A DNA stretch of 64,000 nt from Desulfobacterales bacterium. Its GTDB lineage: Bacteria > Desulfobacterota > Desulfobacteria > Desulfobacterales > UBA2156. The position numbers and the translations under genes are program-made. The DNA is taken from positions 1,379 through 65,378 of the forward strand of contig DRHF01000109.1 of assembly GCA_011049715.1 (NCBI GenBank), read 5' to 3'. The notes beneath the pieces were generated by a model. That model was given only the letters and a program-made list of their open reading frames with translations, made no database searches and was not told where the DNA came from. Shown piece after piece: positions 18,166 to 28,957 of the stretch. Every line of letters starts with the position of its first letter. Position 1 is the stretch's first letter.

Positions 18166-19860
18166 ATGGCACCAGCAAAGTATAAAAAATTGACCGAATC
18201 CTACACAAAACCCTACATCAACGTATTCCTTATAGTCCTATTATTCATCTTAATTCTTTCCATTATTATCCTGGCATTGGTTCCGCCAATAAGCAGAGAC
18301 GCTCTTATACACCATCTTGCTATTCCTAAGCTCTATCTAAAACACGGCGCCATCTATGAAATTCCGGATCGTGTCTTTTCCTATTATCCAATGAATCTTG
18401 ACCTTTTGTACATGATTCCTTTGTATTTTGAAAATGACATCATCCCAAAATTGATCCATTTCGCCTTTGCCGTTCTGACTGCATGGCTCATTTACGACTA
18501 TCTAAAAAAAAGAACCGATACCTCATATGCCCTTATGGGCGCGCTTTTTTTTCTGTCGATTCCCATCATCGTCAAGCTTTCTATAACCGTCTATGTGGAT
18601 TTGGGGCTGGTCTTTTTTTCGACAGCATCTCTGCTGCTTCTGTTTAAATGGACTGAAAATCAACATAAACTCAAATATTTGATTGCCTCCGCCGTAACCT
18701 GTGGCCTCGCCCTCGGAACTAAGTACAATGGGCTGATTTCTCTGTTGTTATTAACTTCACTGGTACCTCTAATCTATATCCGCCACACTCACCAAAAAAC
18801 TAAAGGCCAGATGAAAGCACTGGCCTTCGGCACCTTTTTTCTCCTGATCGCGTTAACCATCTTTTCGCCGTGGATGATCAGAAACTACAAATGGCAAAAA
18901 AATCCTGTATATCCTCTTTATAATTCTTGGTTTCAATCGATCGGTTCAGAAGTGTCACCTTCCATATCCGATCCTGATACTGTAGAATCTAAAAGAGGCC
19001 TGGGACATTTTGCCGTTAGAAAACTCGTTTATGGAGAAAAGTGGTGGGAAACACTTCTTATACCTGTTCGAATATTTTTTCAGGGTCGAGATGACAATCC
19101 AAAATATTTTGACGGAAAGCTTAATCCGTTTTTGCTGTTCTTACCATTTTTTGCCTTCATAAAAGGGAAAAAAAGATCCTCTTTTGTAAATTATGATAGA
19201 AAAATCTTTGCCTTTTTTTCAGGTTTTTTTCTGCTTTTTGCTTTCTTTCAAACCGACATGAGAATCCGTTGGGTTTCACCCATGCTTCCACCCCTTGTTA
19301 TGCTCTCAATGCTCGGCCTCTATGAAATGAATGTGTTCTCTTTTAAAAGAAGCACTATTTTTAGAAAAAAAATAATTGCAGTTTTTGTTTATGGTTCCAT
19401 CATCGCCCTTTTTACAATTAATTTCATCTACATTTTCAGGCAGTTTCATTATGTCGCCCCCCTTCCTTATATCACCGGAAAAATCAGCCGTGATGATTAC
19501 ATCGAACGTTTCCGACCCGAATTTCGAGTCATCCGGTTTGCCAACCAAAACCTTCCCGAAACCGCTAAAATCCTTGCCTTGTTTATCGGCAACCGGGGGT
19601 ATTACTTTGATCGTGAACTCTTTTTTGGGCAAGGATGGTTTAAAAAGCAGATCAAACATGCGAATTCGCCAAATGCCATTAAAACATCATTGAAGAAGAA
19701 TGGGATAACACACCTGTTGTTGCGAAACGACCTGTTTTCAAATTGGTTAGACACTGTATTTAATTCTAACGAGAAGCAAATATTTTTATCCTTTTTCAAC
19801 GACTATGCCACCATGCTGCATTCGCACGCTGGGTATTCCCTTTTTATTTTTTCATCATGA
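18166..19860 (+). CDS. GT-C membrane glycosyltransferase (ArnT/PMT_2-like)
   Basis: RDALIHHLAIPK after TM1, YVDL, GTKYNG, PW.IRNY...NPVYP; many TM segments and a C-terminal periplasmic domain. Confidence 0.72.
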   Translation: MAPAKYKKLTESYTKPYINVFLIVLLFILILSIIILALVPPISRDALIHHLAIPKLYLKHGAIYEIPDRVFSYYPMNLDLLYMIPLYFENDIIPKLIHFAFAVLTAWLIYDYLKKRTDTSYALMGALFFLSIPIIVKLSITVYVDLGLVFFSTASLLLLFKWTENQHKLKYLIASAVTCGLALGTKYNGLISLLLLTSLVPLIYIRHTHQKTKGQMKALAFGTFFLLIALTIFSPWMIRNYKWQKNPVYPLYNSWFQSIGSEVSPSISDPDTVESKRGLGHFAVRKLVYGEKWWETLLIPVRIFFQGRDDNPKYFDGKLNPFLLFLPFFAFIKGKKRSSFVNYDRKIFAFFSGFFLLFAFFQTDMRIRWVSPMLPPLVMLSMLGLYEMNVFSFKRSTIFRKKIIAVFVYGSIIALFTINFIYIFRQFHYVAPLPYITGKISRDDYIERFRPEFRVIRFANQNLPETAKILALFIGNRGYYFDRELFFGQGWFKKQIKHANSPNAIKTSLKKNGITHLLLRNDLFSNWLDTVFNSNEKQIFLSFFNDYATMLHSHAGYSLFIFSS

Positions 19861-20121
19861 ATTTAGAGTTGCTGGAGGTCTTTTTATGGTTTTTGTTCCC
19901 CAACAGCTCCAGATATCGTTGTTTCCACTTAGAATTTAATAAAAATCTATCAATACTCTTTCGCATTTATAATAACCACTTGAAAATCTATATTTTTTCT
20001 GCTACCTTTAACGTATTATCACTCTTTTCAATTTTGTTTACGACCATTTATTAAGAACATCTTTTGGGATTTTTACCTAATTTGCAAATACGCGCGGCAT
20101 TAATCATTTTTTTCTTTATAG

Positions 20122-21075
20122 ATGGATCTTTCAAACGCTCACTTTCCTATGCAAAATAAAAAAATATCGGTAATTATTCCCGCTTATAATGAAGCGGAGA
20201 ATATAGGGGATGTAATCAGTGAAATTCGATTACTGCATCCTGATTTTGAGATCATCGTTATCGACGATGGCTCCGACGACAACACATCAGAAGTGGCAAC
20301 CCAGGCTGGGGCGATCGTCTATCAGCATCCTTATAACATCGGCAACGGTGCGGCAATTAAAAGCGGGATGAGAGTTGCTTCTGGAGATATTTTAATTTTC
20401 ATGGATGGGGATGGACAACATGATCCGAATGATGTGGCACGGTTGTTGGAACATTTTCCTGAATATGACATGGTCGTGGGCGCACGCCGCCTCTCGGGAC
20501 ACACCTCAATGACACGAGCCTTTGGCAACAAGATATACAACTGGCTCGGAACATATGTTACTAATTTCCCAATTAAAGATCTTACCTCTGGTTTTCGAGC
20601 CATTAAGACTGAAATTGCTAATAATTTTAGATACTTACTTCCCAACACATATTCTTACCCCACTACCTTGACCCTGGGGCTGCTTCGAAGCGGCAGAAGT
20701 GTGAAATACATACCTATCATGGCACGGATGCGAAAAAAGGGTACAAGTGACATTAAGTTGGTTCGAGATGGAGCCAGATTTTTTATGATCATCATACGCA
20801 TCTGCACCCATTACTCTCCAATGCGGATTTTTCTACCGGTAAGCTTATGCATGTTTGCCCTGGGCCTGATTCGTTATATCCATTCTTTCCTAACAGAAGG
20901 ACGTTTCACCAACATGAGTGCACTGCTATTCGTTACATCTGTTATTATTTTTATGATGAGCTTGATTTCAGAGCAGATCAGCCAGATGCGTTTCGAAAGG
21001 CGCGGACACCGATCACCCCTTCAACAAACTGACGGGGGCTCAGGTAACGAAAAACCACAGGCTCCCATAACATGA
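20122..21075 (+). CDS. GT2 glycosyltransferase with two C-terminal TM helices (Dpm1/GtrB-like)
   Basis: IIPAYNEA, IDDGSDD, MDGDGQH, DLTSGFRA. Start may be the ATG at 20149. Confidence 0.9.
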   Translation: MDLSNAHFPMQNKKISVIIPAYNEAENIGDVISEIRLLHPDFEIIVIDDGSDDNTSEVATQAGAIVYQHPYNIGNGAAIKSGMRVASGDILIFMDGDGQHDPNDVARLLEHFPEYDMVVGARRLSGHTSMTRAFGNKIYNWLGTYVTNFPIKDLTSGFRAIKTEIANNFRYLLPNTYSYPTTLTLGLLRSGRSVKYIPIMARMRKKGTSDIKLVRDGARFFMIIIRICTHYSPMRIFLPVSLCMFALGLIRYIHSFLTEGRFTNMSALLFVTSVIIFMMSLISEQISQMRFERRGHRSPLQQTDGGSGNEKPQAPIT

Positions 21076-22217
21076 GTTCTGTTGAGAATTGTACCTCGGA
21101 ACTCTCACCAAACTTACTTCATCGAATTACGTTTGAAATGCCTTTTAAACTGCTGGTTATTACCCGAAATTATCCTCCTCAAACTGGTGGTCTTGAGAAT
21201 TTCAGTTTTAATTTAATTCGAGAACTCAAAAGACATCTACCTGTTCAGACAATAACTCTCAAGAAAACAAAATTCCACTTATTATTGTTTTTTCCCATTT
21301 CAATTATTTTGGGTCTATTTTTTATAAAAACCAAATCGATCTCTATCGTCCACATTTGCGATGGGTTTTTGTCCCCAGTCGGGTTTGTCTTGAAACTATT
21401 TACTCGCACGCAAGTCACTGCAACTGTTCATGGCCTTGACGTCACTTATGGAAATCTTATCTATCAGTTTTTAATCCCGAAATGTCTCAATAAACTAAAT
21501 AAAATCATATGCGTCAGCCGAAGCACGCGAGATGAATGTGTCAAGAGAGGAATTTTAGCAAAACGCTGTAACGTCATTCCAAACGGAATTAATGTGGATG
21601 CCATTTATCTTTCAACAGGAAAAGAGAAGCTGCTTGAACAAATTAAAGGTGAACTAAAGTGCTCTCTAAAAAATAAAATGATCCTTGTCACAGTTGGAAG
21701 ATTGGTAAAACGGAAGGGAATCGGTTGGTTTGTTGAAACTGTGATGTCTAGGCTTAGACAGGGCTATATCTACATAATCGTTGGTACAGGACCTGAATTC
21801 TCAAATATTCAAGAAATTATTCATAAAAAAAGACTTCATGAACGGGTCCTATTGATTGGCAAAAAGCCCGATCGATTTCGCGATATTCTACTGAACGCAG
21901 CAGACGCTTTCATTATGCCAAACATTTCTATACCCGACGATGTCGAAGGATTTGGAATTTCTGCCCTGGAAGCAGGGGCATGCGGTTTGCCGGTGATTGC
22001 ATCCAACATTCAAGGGATTCGTGATGCCGTATTGGATGGTATCACCGGTTATCTAGTTGAGGAGGGGGATGTGGAGGGATATATATCTAAAATTCACTCG
22101 TTGGATTTTGAACGAGCTAAAATTCGATCTGTTGTGATCAGCATGTTTAACTGGGAGAAAATCGGCCGGCTATATGTTCAAGCGTTGATCCCAGGCAATA
22201 AAAGAAGCTTTTGTTGA
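21072..22217 (+). CDS. GT4 glycosyltransferase
   Basis: NYPPQTGG, VGRLVKRKG, EGFGISALEA (EX7E motif). Confidence 0.9.
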   Translation: MSSVENCTSELSPNLLHRITFEMPFKLLVITRNYPPQTGGLENFSFNLIRELKRHLPVQTITLKKTKFHLLLFFPISIILGLFFIKTKSISIVHICDGFLSPVGFVLKLFTRTQVTATVHGLDVTYGNLIYQFLIPKCLNKLNKIICVSRSTRDECVKRGILAKRCNVIPNGINVDAIYLSTGKEKLLEQIKGELKCSLKNKMILVTVGRLVKRKGIGWFVETVMSRLRQGYIYIIVGTGPEFSNIQEIIHKKRLHERVLLIGKKPDRFRDILLNAADAFIMPNISIPDDVEGFGISALEAGACGLPVIASNIQGIRDAVLDGITGYLVEEGDVEGYISKIHSLDFERAKIRSVVISMFNWEKIGRLYVQALIPGNKRSFC

Positions 22218-22280
22218 AAATGAACGCAGATAAAATTTAAGAAGCTTTTCTATTTAAAACTACATAAGGAATAAATTGAA

Positions 22281-23042
22281 TTAGGCTGGCTTTTGCAAAA
22301 GCCAAATATAACCGGGACACAGCCAATAAGCATACTTAACAATCAAACCGGCGAGTCTGGCTTTTTTTGAGTCTGGCTCGATCATGTATTCAGCATGAAA
22401 TTTCTCCGGTTCTTCAATAATTCTTTGTGTGTAATCAATACACTCAAAATTTTGAACAAGCTTCTTTAATCCCCAATATGATCGATGGTTTTCATAATAT
22501 AAATTACTCTTACCCGATGCACGAATATAAAAATTTGCGAGTGGTTTCGGAATCACTGAAAGAAAGGGCAGATTGTAATGCGGCTCCATGATTTTCATCC
22601 TATTTCCAGCTGAAAAAAAACAAACCCCTTCTGGTTTTAAAACCCTAAAGACTTCTTCCATTAGTCCGCTGGCATCCGGCACATGCTCATAAATATGGGC
22701 ACAAACTACAACATCAAATAACTTTTGAGAAAATTTTATTTTCAGGGAATCATTTTTAATAAATGTCAAATTGTCTTTTTTAAATTTTTTTTCTGCAAAA
22801 TTAATTGCTGATTCGTCAATATCGATCCCCAAAACCTGACCGAAATGATCAGCAAGATAGTTAGAAATTATTCCTGTAGAACACCCTACGTCTAATAGTG
22901 ATTGGGAATGAAAATCTGATTGAAAAAAATCATTTAAAACCGCGACTATCGTTTTTGCTTTTCTTTCTCTGCCTTCATAGTCATACATTTGTTTATGCAG
23001 TATTTCCGAGAAATTGTATTGATAATCTCTATTTTTCTTCAT
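22281..23042 (-). CDS. Class I SAM-dependent methyltransferase
   Basis: LLDVGCSTG, GIDID, HIYEHV, VLKPEG. Confidence 0.88.
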   Translation of the reverse strand: MKKNRDYQYNFSEILHKQMYDYEGRERKAKTIVAVLNDFFQSDFHSQSLLDVGCSTGIISNYLADHFGQVLGIDIDESAINFAEKKFKKDNLTFIKNDSLKIKFSQKLFDVVVCAHIYEHVPDASGLMEEVFRVLKPEGVCFFSAGNRMKIMEPHYNLPFLSVIPKPLANFYIRASGKSNLYYENHRSYWGLKKLVQNFECIDYTQRIIEEPEKFHAEYMIEPDSKKARLAGLIVKYAYWLCPGYIWLLQKPA

Positions 23043-24129
23043 AGGACACTTTCAACATTATCTCTTCAAGGATGACTGCCAAATCCTCCCAAGTTGGGAT
23101 TGGTGGATAATCCGTTATTCTATCGGAGAATCTCCCTTCAAGCACTTCAGAAAGAGATTTAACATCTCCGGCCTTGTAAAGCCATTCGGGATGATTTCGA
23201 AATAATAACTTCAAACTGCCAACCTCGGCTGCAACGATTGGAACATCGCAGGCCATGAATTCCCTTGTTTTCTGAGGAAAGCAATATTTCCCAAACTCAT
23301 CGTCTGCATAGCAGATCACAGCAATATCCAATGAATTAATAAACAAAGGCACTTTATCAAATGGTAGGATTCCTAGGTAATGAACACGGTCATCTATTGG
23401 AATTTGTAAATTCTTATCAAGGGAGCCCGCCAATGCGAGGTGCAAATGATAATATTTTTCTCTTAACTTCATAAATGTTTCTATCAACAAATGCACATCC
23501 CTATTTTTGAATAACCCACCAGCAGTTCCAACGATAAATGCATCCCGGGGTAGGCCAAAGGTTTCCCGGCAATGCATTTTATTAAATGGTTTAAATAAGT
23601 CATTTCGAACTGCAAATTCGATTGGATACACGTGTTTGGTTCTTCCATATTTTTCTTTTATTAACTTTGTAAAGGGTATACTTAAACAGGTTATCGCATC
23701 ACTCTCCCTGATGGCCCAGTGATAAAGCTGTTTCATAATCGGAAGTTTGGCCACAAAAAATTCTGCAAAATTATCATATATGTCAAAAATCACCGGGACT
23801 TTAAATAGTCGTCCAAGTATACAGCCGATGACGCCAAAAAATGAGTCTGAGCAAGCCCACATGACATCTGACTTCATCGCATAGGAGCGAGCTGTTCTAA
23901 TAAAACGAAGTAATCCTGGAAGTTTCATAAATGTAGCATTTATACTATGCCATGCCACCAGTTCATCCTGAAACAAACCCTCTTTTTTATCTGAATAGCT
24001 CAAGCACAATCCCTGAACTTTATGACCCTTTTGAGCCAGTGCTAACGGAATTTCTCTAAACCGGCCAAAACGATCATCAATTAGATCCTTATTCATGTAT
24101 TGGCGTTTCGTTAAAACTAATATTTTCAT
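23029..24129 (-). CDS. GT4 glycosyltransferase
   Basis: MKILVL start, FPQKTREFMACDVPIVA, GT-B length. Confidence 0.85.
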   Translation of the reverse strand: MKILVLTKRQYMNKDLIDDRFGRFREIPLALAQKGHKVQGLCLSYSDKKEGLFQDELVAWHSINATFMKLPGLLRFIRTARSYAMKSDVMWACSDSFFGVIGCILGRLFKVPVIFDIYDNFAEFFVAKLPIMKQLYHWAIRESDAITCLSIPFTKLIKEKYGRTKHVYPIEFAVRNDLFKPFNKMHCRETFGLPRDAFIVGTAGGLFKNRDVHLLIETFMKLREKYYHLHLALAGSLDKNLQIPIDDRVHYLGILPFDKVPLFINSLDIAVICYADDEFGKYCFPQKTREFMACDVPIVAAEVGSLKLLFRNHPEWLYKAGDVKSLSEVLEGRFSDRITDYPPIPTWEDLAVILEEIMLKVSYEEK

Positions 24130-24155
24130 GACTTGAGGATATCCTAATTCAAGAT

Positions 24156-25046
24156 TTAGATACAATTGTTTTTTCCAATCCAGCGTCGTTTAGGCCTTAT
24201 TTTCAGTGGTAAAGGTGATAGTATTAATGCTATTAATGGGGCCATACTCTTATGGCGTATTGTGCGAATGGCAGCTCGAATGGCTAGAACAAAGGTTTTC
24301 AACATGATAGAAAGTATTTTTTTTAATGGGTTTTTGAATAGGATGAAACACAACAGATAGTGCATCCGAGCCATATGATATTCATAGAAGAATGATCCAA
24401 TCCTTGCTGAATGACTACCTTTATGAGATACTAATTCCTTTTCTATCAAGATAATGGGAACACCCTTTTCGTTAGCCCGAAAGGATAGTTCTATATCTTC
24501 GCCATACATAAAAAATTTATCATCAAGATAGCCTACTGTATTGAGAAACGATAAATCAAATGCCAAAGCACAACCAGTTATATAATAAAACCAAACATTT
24601 GATTCGGGTATCCAGGTATTAACTATCAAACCCAAATATTTATGATAATAATTGCCTTTATTTATTCGTTTGTCCCATTTAATTGTTGGAGCTATTAATG
24701 TTGATGGCCATTGATTGAATGCTTTGATCAGTTGCATTTGAGCTCCATCTAACAATACCGCATCATTATTTAATAAAAGAAACCACTTAAAATCTCTCTT
24801 TACAGCTTCCGTAATCGCAAGATTTGCTCCTGCTGCAAAACCCATATTTTCATCTGGAAAAAACATTTGGATATCTTCTTCTTTTTGAAAAATATCCAAC
24901 AGTTTTTCTTTTTCATTTAGTTCGGCTGAATTATCAACGAGAAATATCTTCGAATATAAGGTTTTTCTAACCGAATTGATGCAGTTCATAGTGTCCTGAA
25001 TAGCAAAGTAATTTAATACAATAACCGCAATTTTATTATTAGTCAC
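24156..25046 (-). CDS. GT2 glycosyltransferase (WbbL/RfbF rhamnosyltransferase-like)
   Basis: IVLNY, VDNS, NMGFAAGAN, LLLNND, FFMYGEDIELSFR. GTG start assumed. Confidence 0.87.
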   Translation of the reverse strand: MTNNKIAVIVLNYFAIQDTMNCINSVRKTLYSKIFLVDNSAELNEKEKLLDIFQKEEDIQMFFPDENMGFAAGANLAITEAVKRDFKWFLLLNNDAVLLDGAQMQLIKAFNQWPSTLIAPTIKWDKRINKGNYYHKYLGLIVNTWIPESNVWFYYITGCALAFDLSFLNTVGYLDDKFFMYGEDIELSFRANEKGVPIILIEKELVSHKGSHSARIGSFFYEYHMARMHYLLCFILFKNPLKKILSIMLKTFVLAIRAAIRTIRHKSMAPLIALILSPLPLKIRPKRRWIGKNNCI

Positions 25047-25102
25047 TTTTCCCCACACGGATGGAAATTTTGTAAACGTTCACAGGGTTAGTTAGTAAAA
25101 CT

Positions 25103-26500
25103 TTACGATAACCATACTACGCTTGGTTTTTGCTGTTTAAAGTACGATGAGATGGCATTCACCAATATTGGGAATGTGGCCTCAGAGCGCTGACGGCAAG
25201 TTTGCCTCACTGACAGGATACGCTCCACCCACCGGTTGCCTTTCTGGCTCTGAGTACCATTGCTTCTTTTTCGCCACAATACGCCGAAGCGAAGCGCCCG
25301 TTCCGCTCGATTGTTGGTGGGCTCAACATCGGATTCATCCAAAAAGACCCAAAGTGAATCCAACTCATCCAATATCCGACGGGCCAGCTTACCCGCATCA
25401 TCATCGGCGCCTTCAAACAGCAGCAAAAGCAGTATTAAACGAGAATAAAAATCGGTCCACTGTTTTTGTTTCGGAGGTGCCTGGGCAAATTGACAAAGAT
25501 GTTTCAGCTCGGCAGTCAATTGCTCACCAAAGCGTTGAACCGATTCATCCTTTCGTTCCGACAATGCCTTGGCACGGCGGATCAAATGGGCTAAACACAG
25601 CTGGCGATGATTGATCCAGTTTTTATAGACCCCATAGTCGTCACTGATGAGAATACCACGCCAGTCCTCAATTAGTGCCTCAAAGGCTTTTTGAGACCGG
25701 TTGGGGTGAACCAAAAAGAAACAGACGTTTTTATTGACCATGGTCCAAAGCCATTTGAGCTTACCGTTTTCAAACCAGGAGGTCTCATCGATGCCGTTGA
25801 CACCGGAAGTTCTGGCGATCCGGCCGATGCGTTCATAGATAGGTTTTATGGCTTCTGATGCCCGATCTAAAACTTATTGGATACCGCCAACAGAGATGGG
25901 AACATCCAAAACACTGTTGCAAAAGCGTTGGACAGCTTGACGGCTCATGCCTTCGGTGCCGCTGAGTTCTGCGATCAAGGCGCTGAACCGGGGACCATAG
26001 CCGGATTGAAACTCATTTGGCAGTGTTGCCTTAACCGTTTGTCCACACAGCCGGCATTTGCCCTGTTGCAGTATGTAATGGGTGACATCCATTTGGATTT
26101 TTGGAAGTTCAATCACTTGATGCGTGTAATAGGATTTCAACCGGTTACCGTTAAAGTCTAAGTTTCCACATGAACCCTGCTTCGGTACAATTTTTACCAT
26201 ATGAGTCGGTTTCAGCAGTTGCTGGCGATATCCTTTATGGCCTTTCTGAGCGCCTCTTTTACGTTTCTTTTTGTCGGCCTTCTTCTTGAGCTGCTTAAAA
26301 GGGCCGTCCGATGAAGGCGGTTTATTCGAGTTTTGAGAATTTTGATTGAGCCGATTTTCTAATTGCTCAATACGCTTGGCCAACTGATCAATTTTGACAA
26401 CTAATTGAGCGTTGATCTGCTCCTGGGCCTCAATATATCTGCGGACCGCTTCGGGAGTTTTAAGCCACTCAGACAAGGAAAAAGGTCTTCTAAATTCCAT
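25103..26500 (-). pseudogene. IS66 transposase interrupted by one in-frame stop
   Basis: NSQNSNKPPSSD, GAQKGHKG, IDETSW, QLCLAHLIR, PTNNRAERALR. The two ORF-track pieces share a frame, separated only by TAA at 25874-25876 (IQ*VLDRASEA). Confidence 0.92.
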
Positions 26501-26518
26501 GCCTGAAAGGCTATCATA

Positions 26519-27110
26519 GTGAGACTCCGCCCGCAAAGCGGGTGGCCTCAGGAAGCCCCAAAGGGGCTATTATGATTTATTCAAAATCAAAATCCAGTTG
26601 TTTTACAGCTTCTTCCTGTTCACGAATATATTTGCGGATGGTTTCTTCATCCAAACCAACTGTACTCACGCAGTATCCTCGGGACCAGAAATGCTTACCC
26701 TTCGTTTGTTTGCTTTTTAGCAAATACCGGTGGATTCGAACTGCGCTCTTTCCTTTCAAGAAACCAATTACAAACGCAATGCTGAACTTCGGAGGAACGC
26801 TCAGACACATGTATATATGGTCCAACCTCAAATTGCCTTCCAATAATTCAACTTCACGTTGCCGACAAAGATCTTTTAGAATATCGCCAACATTGCGCTT
26901 AAATTTCCCGTATAATTTCCTTTTCCGATACTTTGGAACAATGACCACATGGTATTTGCAATCCCAACGAACGCGCGATAAACTTTGCCAATCATGCATA
27001 GGTTCTTCCTCCTTATGTCCCTAATGGGGCTTTCCTGGAGGAAGAACCTATTTTATTTCTCGCCGGAATGGTAGAACCTTTCCGGGTCCACCACTAAAAG
27101 TGGTGGCTTA
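26519..27110 (-). mobile_element. IS200/IS605-family element (tnpA only)
   Basis: Subterminal hairpins CCACCACTAAAAGTGGTGG (~27088) and CCGCCCGCAAAGCGGGTGG (~26527); no tnpB. Exact ends uncertain. Confidence 0.88.
26577..26999 (-). CDS. tnpA: IS200/IS605 Y1 transposase, HUH motif altered
   Basis: YHVVIVPKYR, LKGKSA, FWSRGYCVSTVG, IRKYIREQ; DHIYM in place of DHIHM. Confidence 0.93.
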   Translation of the reverse strand: MHDWQSLSRVRWDCKYHVVIVPKYRKRKLYGKFKRNVGDILKDLCRQREVELLEGNLRLDHIYMCLSVPPKFSIAFVIGFLKGKSAVRIHRYLLKSKQTKGKHFWSRGYCVSTVGLDEETIRKYIREQEEAVKQLDFDFE

Positions 27111-27161
27111 ATATCGGAGTTAAATACCCTTGTTTTTATTTACCTAAGATATGAGCTTATT

Positions 27162-28076
27162 CTATTTTTTTCCCCACCTAAAACAGTAATGAATTATTGT
27201 CTCCATCAGCGAGTTATAAAGCGTGGAAATCAATCCATAAATTCCAAAGAGGCTGAGGCATGATTTAAATGTTTTAATTTTAAAATAATTAGCCAGCTCA
27301 TTATTAGATATTCTCGAATAGTATGCAAACAATGAAGCGTTAGTCATTAAGTGCATTTTGATTTTTTCTTCGCGATTTTTTTTTGAAAGCATGCTATTAT
27401 CATGAACTCTGTATCTTGCAGGCGTTATGTCCCCCAAATATTTTCCTTTGCCATACTGCCCAAGAAGCGACCACAGAAACAAATCACCAATTTTAGCTAT
27501 AGCCATTTCTGGCGGAAAGGCAGTTATTACATTTCGAAAGCAAGTCGTTAATGTAAATATAGGGGTACGTCTTTGCAATTCAGTTGACTCTAGGTCTCTA
27601 AGAGCTCCACCAAAGTTTATATTAAGATCTCCAGTTTCATCAAAAGGCTGTGAATTATGATATGTAAGTACATAATCTGGATTTTCTTCCAAAAAAGTCA
27701 CTTGCTTTTGAAGTTTATGTGGATCAACCCAGTAATCATCTCCGTCACAAAGGGCAATGTACTTTGCCCTACTTTGTTTGATGGCAATCGGAGCTATTCT
27801 TCTACCCTTTGAATATTGATTTTCTTCTTGAAGAATAAGCCTTATTATATTTTTGTATTTTCGTGCATACTGCGTGATGATGTTTTTTGTAGAATCGGTT
27901 GAAGCATCATCATGAATAATTATTTCAAAAGGAAAGTCGGTTTCTTGGTTTAAAAACCCTTCGACTGCATCTTCGATATAATTTTCATGGTTATAAGTAA
28001 TACAACAAACGCTCACTAAAGGAGTATTGCTATTACTCCAATTTTTCATTATTTCTTGCTCGGTTTTTGCTCTCAT
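27162..28076 (-). CDS. GT2 glycosyltransferase
   Basis: PLVSVCCITYNH, HDDASTD, CDGDDYW, KLQKQV. Confidence 0.92.
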   Translation of the reverse strand: MRAKTEQEIMKNWSNSNTPLVSVCCITYNHENYIEDAVEGFLNQETDFPFEIIIHDDASTDSTKNIITQYARKYKNIIRLILQEENQYSKGRRIAPIAIKQSRAKYIALCDGDDYWVDPHKLQKQVTFLEENPDYVLTYHNSQPFDETGDLNINFGGALRDLESTELQRRTPIFTLTTCFRNVITAFPPEMAIAKIGDLFLWSLLGQYGKGKYLGDITPARYRVHDNSMLSKKNREEKIKMHLMTNASLFAYYSRISNNELANYFKIKTFKSCLSLFGIYGLISTLYNSLMETIIHYCFRWGKK

Positions 28077-28144
28077 ACAGATCTCTTATCCTTAATACCC
28101 TTAAATAAATTCTCAAACCTCACTTACCAATCGGCAAGCTACTT

Positions 28145-28957
28145 TCATGGTTTCTTAACAATATATAGAACACTCTGTTGTGTTATTCCATGTTTGACAA
28201 ACTGTTGAATACCAAATTCTTCAACACCCAACTGCTCCAATTCAAAGCCTGCTTCAATAATGCGATCAATAAACCCTTGTTTTGAGTACTTTCTCACATG
28301 ATCACCTTGGCCAAATCGACGCCATCTTTCTGCAACATCGCTACAATCAGGATTTTCATCTATTTCCTTAAGTGACAAATCAATGGGAACCATAAGAATG
28401 CCTTGACCGCCATTTTTCAGGATCCTGTACAATTCCCTTAAAGCCTGACGGTCATCTTCAACATGTTCAAGCATATGTGAGCAAATGAAAAGATCAAAAT
28501 AGTAATCATTATAAATAGTCATATCTGAGATATCTACTTTATCGTTTACCCCATCTGCGTGGAGATCTGCTGTACGATAATGAAAATAAGGTAATCCTGA
28601 GAATTCAGAGATTATAAATGAAGACAAACCTTTAGTAGGTGCTAAATCAAGCGTATTGAATGAAGTTTTTTTAGAACTTAATTTCTTGCTGATAAATTGT
28701 CGCAGATAGATTGCGTACAGCCTGTCTCTATCAGCAGCGCCACAATGAGGGCAAGAATATTGCTCTCGATTGCACGTTTCGGCTGGTCCTATTTTGTACC
28801 CATATTTCTTGAAATTATCAAAATAAAACCTGGGAAGTGGCCGAAAACTAATAACTTTTTTCTTGCAAACACTACAGCTATATTTGCCAAAAATATGTAT
28901 TGCCCCACTGAAATACCTTACAATCTCTCTCAATATCCTTTTCCAAATTTTTATCAT
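28145..28957 (-). CDS. SAM-dependent methyltransferase with N-terminal CxxC...CxxC motif
   Basis: CSVC...CPHC, CSHMLEHVEDD, FGQGDHVRKY. Confidence 0.85.
   Translation of the reverse strand: MIKIWKRILREIVRYFSGAIHIFGKYSCSVCKKKVISFRPLPRFYFDNFKKYGYKIGPAETCNREQYSCPHCGAADRDRLYAIYLRQFISKKLSSKKTSFNTLDLAPTKGLSSFIISEFSGLPYFHYRTADLHADGVNDKVDISDMTIYNDYYFDLFICSHMLEHVEDDRQALRELYRILKNGGQGILMVPIDLSLKEIDENPDCSDVAERWRRFGQGDHVRKYSKQGFIDRIIEAGFELEQLGVEEFGIQQFVKHGITQQSVLYIVKKP

Larger units (their letters stand above)
25072..27143 (-). mobile_element. IS66-family element (single-ORF type), inactivated, with nested IS200
   Basis: Imperfect TIRs GTAAACGTTCACAGGGTTAGTTA (25072) and GTAAATAAAAACAAGGGTATTTA (reverse strand at 27143); flanks do not form an 8-bp duplication. 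Confidence 0.85.

Noticed and set aside
25741-25876. Programmed frameshift or two-gene IS66 organisation
   Set aside because: Both parts are in the same frame and separated by one TAA; a simple nonsense mutation explains it.
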